Origin: Candidatus Cloacimonadales bacterium
Lineage (GTDB): Bacteria > Cloacimonadota > Cloacimonadia > Cloacimonadales > JAFGVF01
DNA length: 64,000 bases
Assembly: GCA_963678315.1 (NCBI GenBank)
Contig: OY782781.1
Location: 1,710,071 to 1,774,070 of the forward strand
Direction of reading: 5' to 3'
The position numbers and the translations under genes are program-made. This document shows positions 38,241 to 48,300 of the stretch, one piece after another; position 1 is the first letter of the stretch, and every line of letters begins with the position of its first letter. The notes under the pieces are model-generated. The model saw nothing but the letters and a program-made list of their open reading frames with translations. It made no database searches and had not been told where the DNA came from.

Positions 38241-38652
38241 AGTAACTCCCTATTTCTAAAATAGAATCTGCTACATACTTTGATTCTATATATTATACAA
38301 TATAATAAACTTAACTGTTAACTAAATATAATTTGAAAAGTAATGAGTTAATATGTCAAGTAATTAATAAAAATAAGCATACCCCATTTTTTTTAAGTAA
38401 AATTGAGACGTAGTTGCAACTTATCATTATATTCACCTTTATAAGGTACATTTTGTTCAATACATTTTTTATTTATACTAAGTATTTTGGACTAGAAACA
38501 AGATGTTACTGCTAGCTATTCAGTGATTTCTAGTAAGATAGATTTTCTATTACACTTAAACATATAATTTTCTTATCAAGTTTTTTCTTTTTATTGACAT
38601 CAATCTCGTTATTATATAATTGTTTATAAACTAACATTAATAGGAGTTAAAC

Positions 38653-39024
38653 ATGAAAGTTATAGCTACACAAAAAGCACCTGCAGCAGTAGGACCTTAC
38701 TCACAAGCAGTATTAGCAAACGGTTTTTTATTTGTTTCTGGTCAATTAGGTATTAATCCTGAGACTGGTAAATTTGAAGATACATTTGAAGCTCAAGCAG
38801 AAAGAGTATTCTCAAACCTAAAAGCGATTCTTGAAGAAGCAGGTATGGGATTTGAAAATGTTGTTAAAGCTGAAGTATTCTTAAAAGATTTAGCTCAATT
38901 CAAAGCTGTAAATGAAATATATGCAAAATATTTTACTGCACCATTTCCTGCTAGATATGCTTTCCAAGTTGCTGAACTACCTCTTGGTGGTTTAGTAGAA
39001 ATTTCAGTAACAGCTACAAAGTAG
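38653..39024 (+). CDS. ridA: RidA/YjgF-family reactive-intermediate deaminase
   Basis: APAAVGPYSQAVLANGFLFVSGQLGINPETG... and ARYAFQVAELPLGGLVEI are canonical for the family. Confidence 0.93.
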   Translation: MKVIATQKAPAAVGPYSQAVLANGFLFVSGQLGINPETGKFEDTFEAQAERVFSNLKAILEEAGMGFENVVKAEVFLKDLAQFKAVNEIYAKYFTAPFPARYAFQVAELPLGGLVEISVTATK

Positions 39025-39030
39025 GATAAA

Positions 39031-39576
39031 ATGAGTATTTCCACCAAAGGAGGAGATAAAGGTAAAACTAGTCTCTGGTCAGGTCAAAGAATTTGGAAAT
39101 CTGATATAAGAGTTGAATCTTATGGAACTGTTGATGAACTTGATTCTCATATTGGAGAAGCCAAACACTTTGTCAAAATTGAGCACGTTAGGAATATACT
39201 TACAGAACTTCAAAACAAGCTGATGCGTGTTATGGGTGAGCTAGCTTCTGTGGAAAAGAAATTCACTAACCCAATTACTGTAGAAGATTTAGAAAAAGTT
39301 ACTGACTGCGTTCATGATTTTGAAAGTAAAGTTCCTTTAAAAGGTTTTGTTGTTCCTGGTAATACAATTCAATCATCTAAGTTAGATATTTGTAGAACTA
39401 TTGCCAGACGTGCAGAAAGAAGAATCATCCAGCTTAATCAAGATAATCCAGTAAATCCAAATCTGATAGGTTTTGTAAATAGGCTTTCAGACCTTTTCTT
39501 CATAATGGCTAGAGCTGAAGAGCAAAATGATGGTGGAATTAGATATAAAGATATAGACACAGAATTAAACTGTTAA
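39031..39576 (+). CDS. PduO-type ATP:cob(I)alamin adenosyltransferase
   Basis: [11 protein letters not shown]...[12 protein letters not shown]...[11 protein letters not shown]... are family signatures. Confidence 0.9.
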   Translation: MSISTKGGDKGKTSLWSGQRIWKSDIRVESYGTVDELDSHIGEAKHFVKIEHVRNILTELQNKLMRVMGELASVEKKFTNPITVEDLEKVTDCVHDFESKVPLKGFVVPGNTIQSSKLDICRTIARRAERRIIQLNQDNPVNPNLIGFVNRLSDLFFIMARAEEQNDGGIRYKDIDTELNC

Positions 39577-39587
39577 AAGGAGAATTA

Positions 39588-40334
39588 ATGTATAAAGTTG
39601 TACTTATCAGACACGGAGAATCAGTCTGGAACAAAGCAAACAAATTCACAGGATGGACAGATGTTGAACTTTCAGAAAAGGGTAACGATGAAGCTCAAAA
39701 AGCGGGTTTACTTCTAAAAGAAGAAGGTTTTACATTTGACAAAGCTTACACTTCTGTTTTAAAAAGAGCAATAAAAACACTATGGCATGTTTTAGAACAA
39801 ACTGATTTAATGTGGATTCCAGTTGAAAGATGCTGGCAGTTAAATGAACGTCATTATGGTGCTTTACAAGGCTTAAATAAAGCAGAAACAGCTCAAGAGT
39901 TCGGCGATGACCAAGTTCTTATCTGGCGAAGAAGCTATAATATTGCTCCACCTGCTTTAGAAGAATCTGATGATAGATTCCCTGGAAAAGATAAAAGATA
40001 TGCTTGTCTATCTAAAGAACAACTACCATTTACAGAGTGCCTAGAAGATACAGTTGCTAGAGTAGTTCCTTTCTGGGAAAATACAATAGTTCCTGATATC
40101 AAAGCTGGTAAGAAAATTATTATTGCTGCTCATGGCAATAGCTTAAGAGCCCTAGTTAAATATTTAGATAACATCTCTGAAGAAGATATTTTAAAACTTA
40201 ATATTCCTACAGGTGTTCCACTAGTTTATGAATTAGATGAAAATCTAAAAGCAATCAAAAGCTCTTACTTAGGAGACCAAGAAGCAATAGCAAAAGCTCA
40301 AGCTGCTGTTGCTAATCAAGGTAAAGCTAAATAA
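39588..40334 (+). CDS. gpmA: 2,3-bisphosphoglycerate-dependent phosphoglycerate mutase
   Basis: [37 protein letters not shown] and [15 protein letters not shown]. Confidence 0.96.
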   Translation: MYKVVLIRHGESVWNKANKFTGWTDVELSEKGNDEAQKAGLLLKEEGFTFDKAYTSVLKRAIKTLWHVLEQTDLMWIPVERCWQLNERHYGALQGLNKAETAQEFGDDQVLIWRRSYNIAPPALEESDDRFPGKDKRYACLSKEQLPFTECLEDTVARVVPFWENTIVPDIKAGKKIIIAAHGNSLRALVKYLDNISEEDILKLNIPTGVPLVYELDENLKAIKSSYLGDQEAIAKAQAAVANQGKAK

Positions 40335-40362
40335 TTATTCATACAATATAAGTAATTTAAAC

Positions 40363-40391
40363 AAAAGACGTACTTAAGTGCGTCTTTTTTC
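40363..40391 (+). terminator. Rho-independent terminator after gpmA
   Basis: AGACGTAC (40366-73), loop TTAA, GTGCGTCT (40378-85, one G-U pair), followed by a T6 run. Confidence 0.8.
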
Positions 40392-40419
40392 AGTTCTGCC
40401 GAACATTGATATAGATTAT

Positions 40420-40700
40420 ATGCCAATATTTATGCCGTCCCTTCGGGACTAATACATGTCGCCCTTTCAGGGCTTTTTTTATTTTTTAACTATTACATGG
40501 AGGGCAAGCCTCCATGCTTAGTATATGCCACCCCTTCGGGGTTTTTATGGATAGCATCTCCTCAATTCTCCACTCCTATTTCCTAACTCCTCACTCCTAA
40601 CTCCTCACTCCTCACTCCTCACTTCTAACTCCTAACTTACGCCCCTCCTTGAAAAATCGGCTTTTTTTCAAGGTGGCAAGTAAGGGTGTAGAGACCTCGA
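40420..40700. repeat. Repeat cluster R5 (hairpin words, heptamer array and a long hairpin)
   Basis: Words gtcccttcgggac, gccctttcagggc+T-run, ggagggcaagcctcc and ccccttcgggg+T-run. Then the (CCTMACT)n array. Then cttacgcccctccttgaaaaa-tcggct-ttttttcaaggtggcaagtaaggg, which recurs inverted at 55575-55640. Confidence 0.85.
40582..40637. repeat. Tandem heptamer array (CCT[C/A]ACT) x8; reverse strand reads AGT[G/T]AGG, i.e. SD-like AGGAG every 7 nt
   Basis: Eight contiguous 7-bp units were counted base by base, with degenerate units from 40568. The inverted homologous locus (55638-55663) has only about 3 units. Confidence 0.9.
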
Positions 40701-40707
40701 AAACATA

Positions 40708-40749
40708 TAAAAAAAATAACCGATACTCAAGATTGAAATATCGGTTATT
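40708..40749 (-). terminator. Rho-independent terminator of the minus-strand vWA gene
   Basis: On the minus strand: ATAACCGATA, loop, TATCGGTTAT, followed by T8 (plus-strand coordinates 40716-40748 with the A-run at 40709-40716). Confidence 0.8.
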
Positions 40750-40765
40750 AATATTTAGTTCATAT

Positions 40766-43700
40766 TTATTCTAGTGACAAGTATTTGTCAGCTTTAATCA
40801 ATGTTATCTTTTTCTTGATTCTGCTACTATCTGTAGTTTCAGTAGAAGCTTTAATATAAAAGAATTTCATTTCTTCTGTTGCTGGATGTAGCCAAGTAAC
40901 CCTGTTTCCTGAAGTACTAAATTGGAATCTATCATTTGAGACAAGTGTATATTCTCCATCAGGACTATCACAAGCATATATCAAATAGCTTTGAGCATTT
41001 TCTACTACATCGAAAGATAGAATTATGTCTGAATTATTCACTTGCATGTTAACATTCTCTGGTATAGAAAGTTCAATAATTGGCATTTCTACAACATTTA
41101 ATGTAATAGGTATCAAATAATTCGGTTCATCCAAATCATTAGATTCAATACAAACATCAGCTTGATAACTAGCTATTTCTAAGTTGTAACTTCTAAAATC
41201 TAATTCTACTGTTTGGTCTAAAGATGGTTGTAAAATACCGCAGTTTATGTTCGGTCTAACCCAACTGAGAGCATTATTATATACTTTTACATCATCTATG
41301 AACCAACCTGGGAAATTATTATTGAAGTTATCTTGTGTGTAGAAAGTGAAACGAATTTGAACTGTTTCCCCAACATACTCACTAATATTATAACAAGATT
41401 GAATCCAACCTCCTGAGTTACCTGCTGGAGTACCTGCAGAAACAGAAAGATAGTTTCCTCTAAGTTCTTGCCAGTTATAACCATCATTAGTTATTGCTAC
41501 AGCACATCTGTCATAATTTGTTTCAGTAATATAGTTTTCCTGGAATTCAAGATATACATTTTCATTGTTAGCTGGAATTTCTATTTCAGGAGTGATTAGT
41601 GCATTATGAACAAGCTGTCCATTGTTATATGAATATGTATCAGGAACACTGCAGGACCATGCATGGTTATCACTATTGTAAGTCTCATCTTGTAGATGCC
41701 ATAAATCACTTCCAGCATAGTTAACAGTTTCCCAGTCTGATATTTCACCTTCCATATCATCAAAGAAAATTGTATATCTAGAATTATCTCTGTTTTCAGA
41801 ATCTTGCATTAGAGCTTCTTGACTAGTCTTGTTTATTCTTGGAAGAACATTGCTAGAGTATCTTTTAGAATTTGCTAATACATTGCTTTTTCTTGGTCTA
41901 TTTGCATTATTATATGTATTTCTATTATTAATAACTTTGACATTATATTCTAAGTCTGCATCTCCAATATTCTCGAAAGATATAGAACTAGAATCATTTT
42001 GATCAGGATAGAGAGTCATAGTAATTCCTTCAGATGTAGAGTGAATATCTGGATTACCTTCAACGTCTTCAACTAGGATATAATTATCTTTTGTACAAAC
42101 ATCATAACCATTATCATTTGTAACTTTTAGTTTTACATTATAGTAACCAGGTTGCTCATAAGAGTGAATAGGATTTTGTTGATAGCTAACACTACCGTCA
42201 CCAAAGCTCCATTTCCATTGATTACAAGTCCTAAGTTGATTACTTTCTATGTCTGCTTCATGACTGTTTCTTGTATCATTAGGTTCTGACTGACTAATGC
42301 TGTTTACAGGAATAAATTCTTGCATGTAGCCATTGAAATTACCAATATGCCAATAACCACCTAGCTCAGTAGATGTAAGTGTAACTTCATCAATCAACAC
42401 ATCTGCACGATATATCTTAGCTTGTAAATTCAAGACTTCTGATATTTCTTGGTCATTTAAAAATGATTGAGCATAGAACATGTAAGTTGTATTCATAAAT
42501 TGATTTAAAACAATGGTTCTTTCATGAATATTCATACTTGATTGATAATATGCGTAAGGTAAAGAGTCATCACTACCCCATAAGCCATCAAATTGATCTA
42601 CGTAGTACATTTCATTACCAATATTGGCTTTCATCATTAAACCAATAAATTCATCAGAATCCCAAGAAAGTTTAACTATCAAATCACCTGTTGGAGGCAT
42701 ATCATCGAGATAGAAATTCATGGAGTTTACGTTATTTTCATGTATGCTAACATTACTAGAATAATAATCAATATAATCGTCAGCATGAGCAGTCACTGTG
42801 TATTTGTTATCGTATGATAAATCAGTAAAATGAATATCCAATGGGTTCATACCACTAAACTGATCGGCAGTAAAGTTGGCGTGAATCTCTGATAAAGGGA
42901 TATCTAATATTTCATAGAAACCTAATGAATCTGTTGTAGTTGTTAAATTACCTACAGATACTTGAGCATTAACAATAGGCTGGTTATCTTCAAGAGATTT
43001 AACATATCCTTGTAAGATTGTAGTTTCCATAACCTGAATTAAAATCGGTTGGTCAGGAGAGCCATAGTGTGATGAAACGTTGAAGTTATCAGTAGCCTTG
43101 ATATAGTATTCTGTTCCACCCATGTTGTTAGATGCGATATGTATATTTCCTGTATAAAGATTACCACTAACCAATGTCATCTCTTCTTCTTGGAAAAGGA
43201 GTTCACCTTGAGCTCTGTGATAAAGTGATACGCTTGTGATATAGTTGGTAGTATCAATTACACTAGCATTCACCGTGACATCAGTGTTTAATCCAGCACT
43301 CTGGATTGGGATGTGAGATATTACAGGGGCTACATTTGGTAATATAGCTATTTGGAAAGGATTTGAGTTTGGCTCAACAGCAGGTAGAGAAGATGTACTT
43401 TGACCATCAGTTGCAGTAAAGTAATAGTCTAGCCCTGGACTTAATACTGCAGTGTAAGGAATTTCAGCTTGCCATATATTCCCACCAATATTAGTTAAGT
43501 TTATTGTTGAATAATAGCTTTCAGAACTGTTTTTATAATATAGTTTAGCACTTTGGGTAAATGGTTCTATGGAGTCTTCTATTAGAGCTTCTATCATAAA
43601 AGTACTTTCTTCAGCCCAAGCTTGATTATGGTAAGCAAGAGTGTTTCCTGTTCTAGTGATATCGGGAGATGTTCCAGGAGTATAAGAAGCAGTAGCAGTG

Positions 43701-45115
43701 TCAATAGCTCCTAGATAATTTGCTGTTATATCAACTATTCTTTCAAGTCCATTAAAAGCAATATCACTTGATCTATAACGTACGACGTATGTGTTAGATA
43801 CTTGTGATGAAATGGCAGTTAATATATCATCAAATGGAGAATAAATATCCATATATTCACCATTGGTTTGTTCAGAAATATACCCATAATCCTGAATTGA
43901 ACCGGAATCTGTAGAGATTAATGAAAAAGTAGTAATTGTGCTATTGTTTAGTATAGTCAGAGCTTCTTGTTGACTATAATGTCCCTGATTGCTATATTGA
44001 CAGTTTTCATCAGTGATAAGGATAAAGATTTTTTGTGAACCAGGTCTAAAACTAAATTGTGTTGCAGAATCATAAAGAGCGTCCCATCCTGGCTCAAAGC
44101 CTCCACTGGTATGGTTTCTTGTCCATATACTGTTCTTGAAATAATCAGTATCAGAAGTAAGAAGTCCATTTTCTTCAATTATAGGATAACCGCTGTTTTC
44201 TCCACCGAATCTACATAATCCTAGGGCACAATCAACACCTGTAGCGTTCAACTGGTCTATGAAATCACTGACGTTATTTGAAACAGCATTCTGTTCGTCA
44301 GACATACTTCCGCTATTGTCCATTAAAAACACAATATCAGCCAATCTAGAAGAACCACCAGAAGCAGGAGGAACCACTTCATAAAAGTCTTCTTGTAAAA
44401 CACCGTTTTCATATACAGAAAAATCGGAAGAAGATAGTGATGATATTCCAACTCCTGAACTATCAACAGCTACATTCATATAGATGAATGGGAAGTTTTG
44501 TGAGTTAAGACTTGTAATATTCACACTGAGAGAATCTCTATCTACTCTAGATACAGTTACATCTTCAATAGTCCATCCCTCGAATTCAATAGAATCATCA
44601 ATTTGGTATTCAAACATTAATCTCATGCTTGTGTGATTGTTATTTTTAGCATGAACAGTCGTTGTTCTCGTTGATGATTTACCAGAAACTTGGGCAATAG
44701 TTTGCCAATTGTCTTTGTTGTCGAATGATACTTTAACAAAGCCTTTATCATATTCTGACTCTATCTCAAAAGATTCTATATAGTCTATTTTTAACAAGTC
44801 ACAATTTGAGATGTCGATCATTGGTGAAATAAGCTGGGATTTTAATTGCTTAACTTGAGTGTTTTTGGATGTGCTAAATGAACTAATACTCTTGATATCA
44901 GTATCGTCTTGTTGCCAAGAACCATTTGATTTCCATCCACTTTTATTTGTAAGATTGTTAATTAAAACTTTGCAATTATCACTTTTGTTGCTATTCTTTA
45001 TTCCAGATTTGATACTGTGAGCTTGTAATAATTGACCTTTCTCTATTGCTAAATCGTTAGCAAAAACACTGAACATTGTAAAAACAAAAACTAATAATAC
45101 TGTAATAAACTTCAT
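40766..45115 (-). CDS. Giant secreted protein (about 1449 aa) with vWA domain, two choice-of-anchor-J/MAM-like domains, PKD domain and C-terminal FN3-like module
   Basis: The preferred start is ATG 45115 (MKFITVLLVFVFTMFSVFA signal peptide, RBS AGAGG). vWA MIDAS motif DIVFLMDNSGSMSDEQ. GWTIEDVTVSRV and GWFIDDVKVYNN ends of anchor-J-like domains. PKD-like WKWSFGDGSVS..YNVKLKVTNDNG. No Por_Secre_tail. Confidence 0.85.
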   Translation of the reverse strand: MKFITVLLVFVFTMFSVFANDLAIEKGQLLQAHSIKSGIKNSNKSDNCKVLINNLTNKSGWKSNGSWQQDDTDIKSISSFSTSKNTQVKQLKSQLISPMIDISNCDLLKIDYIESFEIESEYDKGFVKVSFDNKDNWQTIAQVSGKSSTRTTTVHAKNNNHTSMRLMFEYQIDDSIEFEGWTIEDVTVSRVDRDSLSVNITSLNSQNFPFIYMNVAVDSSGVGISSLSSSDFSVYENGVLQEDFYEVVPPASGGSSRLADIVFLMDNSGSMSDEQNAVSNNVSDFIDQLNATGVDCALGLCRFGGENSGYPIIEENGLLTSDTDYFKNSIWTRNHTSGGFEPGWDALYDSATQFSFRPGSQKIFILITDENCQYSNQGHYSQQEALTILNNSTITTFSLISTDSGSIQDYGYISEQTNGEYMDIYSPFDDILTAISSQVSNTYVVRYRSSDIAFNGLERIVDITANYLGAIDTATASYTPGTSPDITRTGNTLAYHNQAWAEESTFMIEALIEDSIEPFTQSAKLYYKNSSESYYSTINLTNIGGNIWQAEIPYTAVLSPGLDYYFTATDGQSTSSLPAVEPNSNPFQIAILPNVAPVISHIPIQSAGLNTDVTVNASVIDTTNYITSVSLYHRAQGELLFQEEEMTLVSGNLYTGNIHIASNNMGGTEYYIKATDNFNVSSHYGSPDQPILIQVMETTILQGYVKSLEDNQPIVNAQVSVGNLTTTTDSLGFYEILDIPLSEIHANFTADQFSGMNPLDIHFTDLSYDNKYTVTAHADDYIDYYSSNVSIHENNVNSMNFYLDDMPPTGDLIVKLSWDSDEFIGLMMKANIGNEMYYVDQFDGLWGSDDSLPYAYYQSSMNIHERTIVLNQFMNTTYMFYAQSFLNDQEISEVLNLQAKIYRADVLIDEVTLTSTELGGYWHIGNFNGYMQEFIPVNSISQSEPNDTRNSHEADIESNQLRTCNQWKWSFGDGSVSYQQNPIHSYEQPGYYNVKLKVTNDNGYDVCTKDNYILVEDVEGNPDIHSTSEGITMTLYPDQNDSSSISFENIGDADLEYNVKVINNRNTYNNANRPRKSNVLANSKRYSSNVLPRINKTSQEALMQDSENRDNSRYTIFFDDMEGEISDWETVNYAGSDLWHLQDETYNSDNHAWSCSVPDTYSYNNGQLVHNALITPEIEIPANNENVYLEFQENYITETNYDRCAVAITNDGYNWQELRGNYLSVSAGTPAGNSGGWIQSCYNISEYVGETVQIRFTFYTQDNFNNNFPGWFIDDVKVYNNALSWVRPNINCGILQPSLDQTVELDFRSYNLEIASYQADVCIESNDLDEPNYLIPITLNVVEMPIIELSIPENVNMQVNNSDIILSFDVVENAQSYLIYACDSPDGEYTLVSNDRFQFSTSGNRVTWLHPATEEMKFFYIKASTETTDSSRIKKKITLIKADKYLSLE

Positions 45116-45282
45116 TATAACCTCTTTTCTCCATTTTATCTTTAACATATTTATTTAACAGTAGTTAACCTAACCAGTACCAAACTATTATGTGTTTTTT
45201 TCTTAATCTTGTCTAGTGTTTTTTTTACTATTATAGAATAGAGTTATAAGAAATAAATAATTGATTATAATCACAATTTAAA

Positions 45283-45311
45283 TTGACATATTAATTAAAG
45301 ACTTTATAGAT
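45283..45311 (+). promoter_or_regulatory. Putative sigma70-type promoter for the cyclase-STAND gene
   Basis: TTGACA (45283-45288), 16-nt spacer, TATAGA (45305-45310). Confidence 0.4.
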
Positions 45312-45329
45312 ATGAGTTGATAGAACTAT

Positions 45330-48300
45330 ATGTATATTGCAAAGAACAAAGGAATAGCCATGAAAAAGGAAAATTTGAGTAAATTATCAGCATACGTACC
45401 AAGGATTATTGAGAAGATTATTAGCGATAATAACTTATGTGAGCTTCCAGCTTACTTTGAAAGTTTGCAAAATGCAGGAATTATATTCTTTGATATAAGC
45501 GGATTTACCTCTATTACCGAAAGAGTTACATCTGAAGGCTACTATGGAGTAGAAGTTATAACAAATATTTTAAACTCATATTTCGATATAATGGTTCCTT
45601 TGATTCATAAAAACGGTGGTTCGATAGTTAAGTTTAGTGGAGATGCTTTTCTAGCTATGTTCCCACTTGAGAAGACAAGATTCTTTACTAGAATGACTGC
45701 CTATAAAGAGGAGGTTGCACAATGCTTATCAGAGTTAAATAAGCAATTCCAGGATCTGTATAATTTTGAGATATCCATACATGGTGGCTATTCTTATGGT
45801 CAAGTAAAAGTACAGTTAGTTTCAAATCGAAAGCAAATATATGATTATATCGTGATAGGAAATGCAGTCTCTGAAGCCTATGAATTATGTAATCAAGCAC
45901 AGACAGGGGAAATTCTAGGAAATGAAATAGTAGATGTTGATGTTTTTGAACAGAATAGGCCTAGCTTATTGGAACTTACAGAAGTCAGATCTTCATTAAT
46001 TGAGTCTTTTATTACAAAAGAAGTTGGATCAAAGCTTACTGAAGCATTGTTTGAGGCTGAATTACGCTTTTGTTCAATTTTGTTTGTTGGTATAGTTCCT
46101 ATAAGCAACGAGTTCTTCACAGTTGAACAGTTGCAAAGATGCTACCAAGCTGTCAGTGATGTTGTAGCTACAACTGGAGGAATGATCAATAAAATTGATT
46201 ATACTGATAAGGGCTATATGCTAATAATTACTTATGGGCAGTTAGTCATCTATGATGATCAAATCATGCGTGCAGTGAAATGTGCACAAGAACTTACCAA
46301 GATTGAAGATAAAGATTTTTATTTCAAGATTGGATTCACTACAGGGTCAATATATTCTGGAAAGATTGGTTCGAATATTAGGGCTGAATTTGGAATCATT
46401 GGTAATGCAATAAACATTTCTGCTCGTTTAATGAGTTTGTGCAAAGCAAATGAAGTTACATTCTCACAACAGATTTTATCCTCTATCCGCAAATATACAA
46501 GTTATAATTTCATTGGTAAACAGAAACTAAAAGGTATAAAAGATGATATAGAAGTATATAAATTATCAGTCGGAAAGAATGTAACTAAGAGTTTATACGA
46601 TAATAGATATAAAGATGTTAAATATGTTGAAATATATGAACAACTTAACTTCGCTAATATTGATAAAATTAATAAAGTGACAGCTATATATGGTGATTCT
46701 GGTATGGGGAAATCTTTATCCATATATAAAATCCTTGATAACTTAGATTCTAATGAATTTTTCCTTAGTGAACTATATGAGTTTAACAAATATAAAATCT
46801 ATGGTTTTATTGAATCCTTGCTATCTTCAATAATTGGAATTATATCTATGAGGTTACAGTATGAAGATATATATAAATTTGCTGAGGATAATAATATTGT
46901 TATAGATAGAACGCTTCTGCAAAATGTTTTCTTAAATGAGAATGCAAATCTATCAGAAGCTGAGATGGAGATTGTTGATAATTTCTTTGTTGAAGTAATT
47001 TACATCTATATTAGCCAATACAAATTTCTTCTTATTGATAACTTTGATTATATTGATAGTAAGTCCAAAATCATTGTTGAAAGACTTATTAAAAAACTAA
47101 CTAACAGCGATATCAAAATAATCTTAACAAGTCATTCTAAATTGTCATCTGAGATAATTGCAAGCTCACTTATAGAAAATATTGAACTAACTTCTCTTGA
47201 TGATAATAAATCAGAGTCATATATAAGAAGTCAAATTCCTAACATATCTGATGGTGCTGTGGCAAGGTTAGCTAAAATAGCAAATGGAAATATTCTTAAT
47301 CTTACTGAATTATGTAACCAAATATTATCTGTTAAGCAGGGAAGCTTGCAGATAATTAATAATGATAATTTGAATATGATGTTTAAAGAAGGTAAGGTAG
47401 CTAACTCTATTGAAAGTTATTATCTTAGGTCTTATGATAAGTTAAATGAGGAGATGAAAACTATCTTGAAGATTGCATCGATAATTGGAAGCATGTTTCA
47501 ATTTGAGTTTGTGCAAAACCTATCTTCCCAAGTTGTGAATAAACTAGATGAAGACTTGTTAGAACATCTCTGCCAAGGACAATATCTAAGACTTCATTCT
47601 AAGAATCCAGAGAGCTTTTATGTATTCAAGAATCAGCTCTTTCATCAGGCGGTCTATAAAACTATTCCTTTAAATGAAAAGATTAAATATCATAAATCAA
47701 TAGCCCAATACTTAGAATCAAAATATGAAGATTCTTTAAAAGACTATTATGAAATTATAGCACAACATTTCTATTTCTCAAAGAATAAAGATAAAACTGC
47801 TAAATATGCCTTATTAGCTGCAGAAAAGAGCTTAAGTTTATGCTTATATAATCAATGTTATTATTTCTGTAAAATGGTTATATCTTCCAAACAAGATAAT
47901 GCTGTATTGGCTAAAATAATAGCTATCGAAGTTCTAACACTTGTAAAAAGAAAAGATTTAGCTAAGCAGTATATTGATGAAATCTCTGATCTTGTGACAG
48001 GTGAGTTAATCTGTAGGTATTATTATGCTCAAGCATTGTACTATTTTAGCAATTCTGATTACTCCAAGGTCCTTTCTTTATCTCTTGATCGAAGTTTTTG
48101 TAATGAATTCTATTTTATTCGAACTCAGTTGTTTGTTCTTGATAGTTATCGTTTTCTAAATAGAAAAGTGGATTTCACACGACTAGTTAAAAATATTGAA
48201 AAAGTCTTAACTAAAGATAGTCTTTTGCTTGTCCAATTAAAAAATATCTATGCACAATACTATATAGATACTTCTCAGTTTGAACTTTCTTTAATAACAT

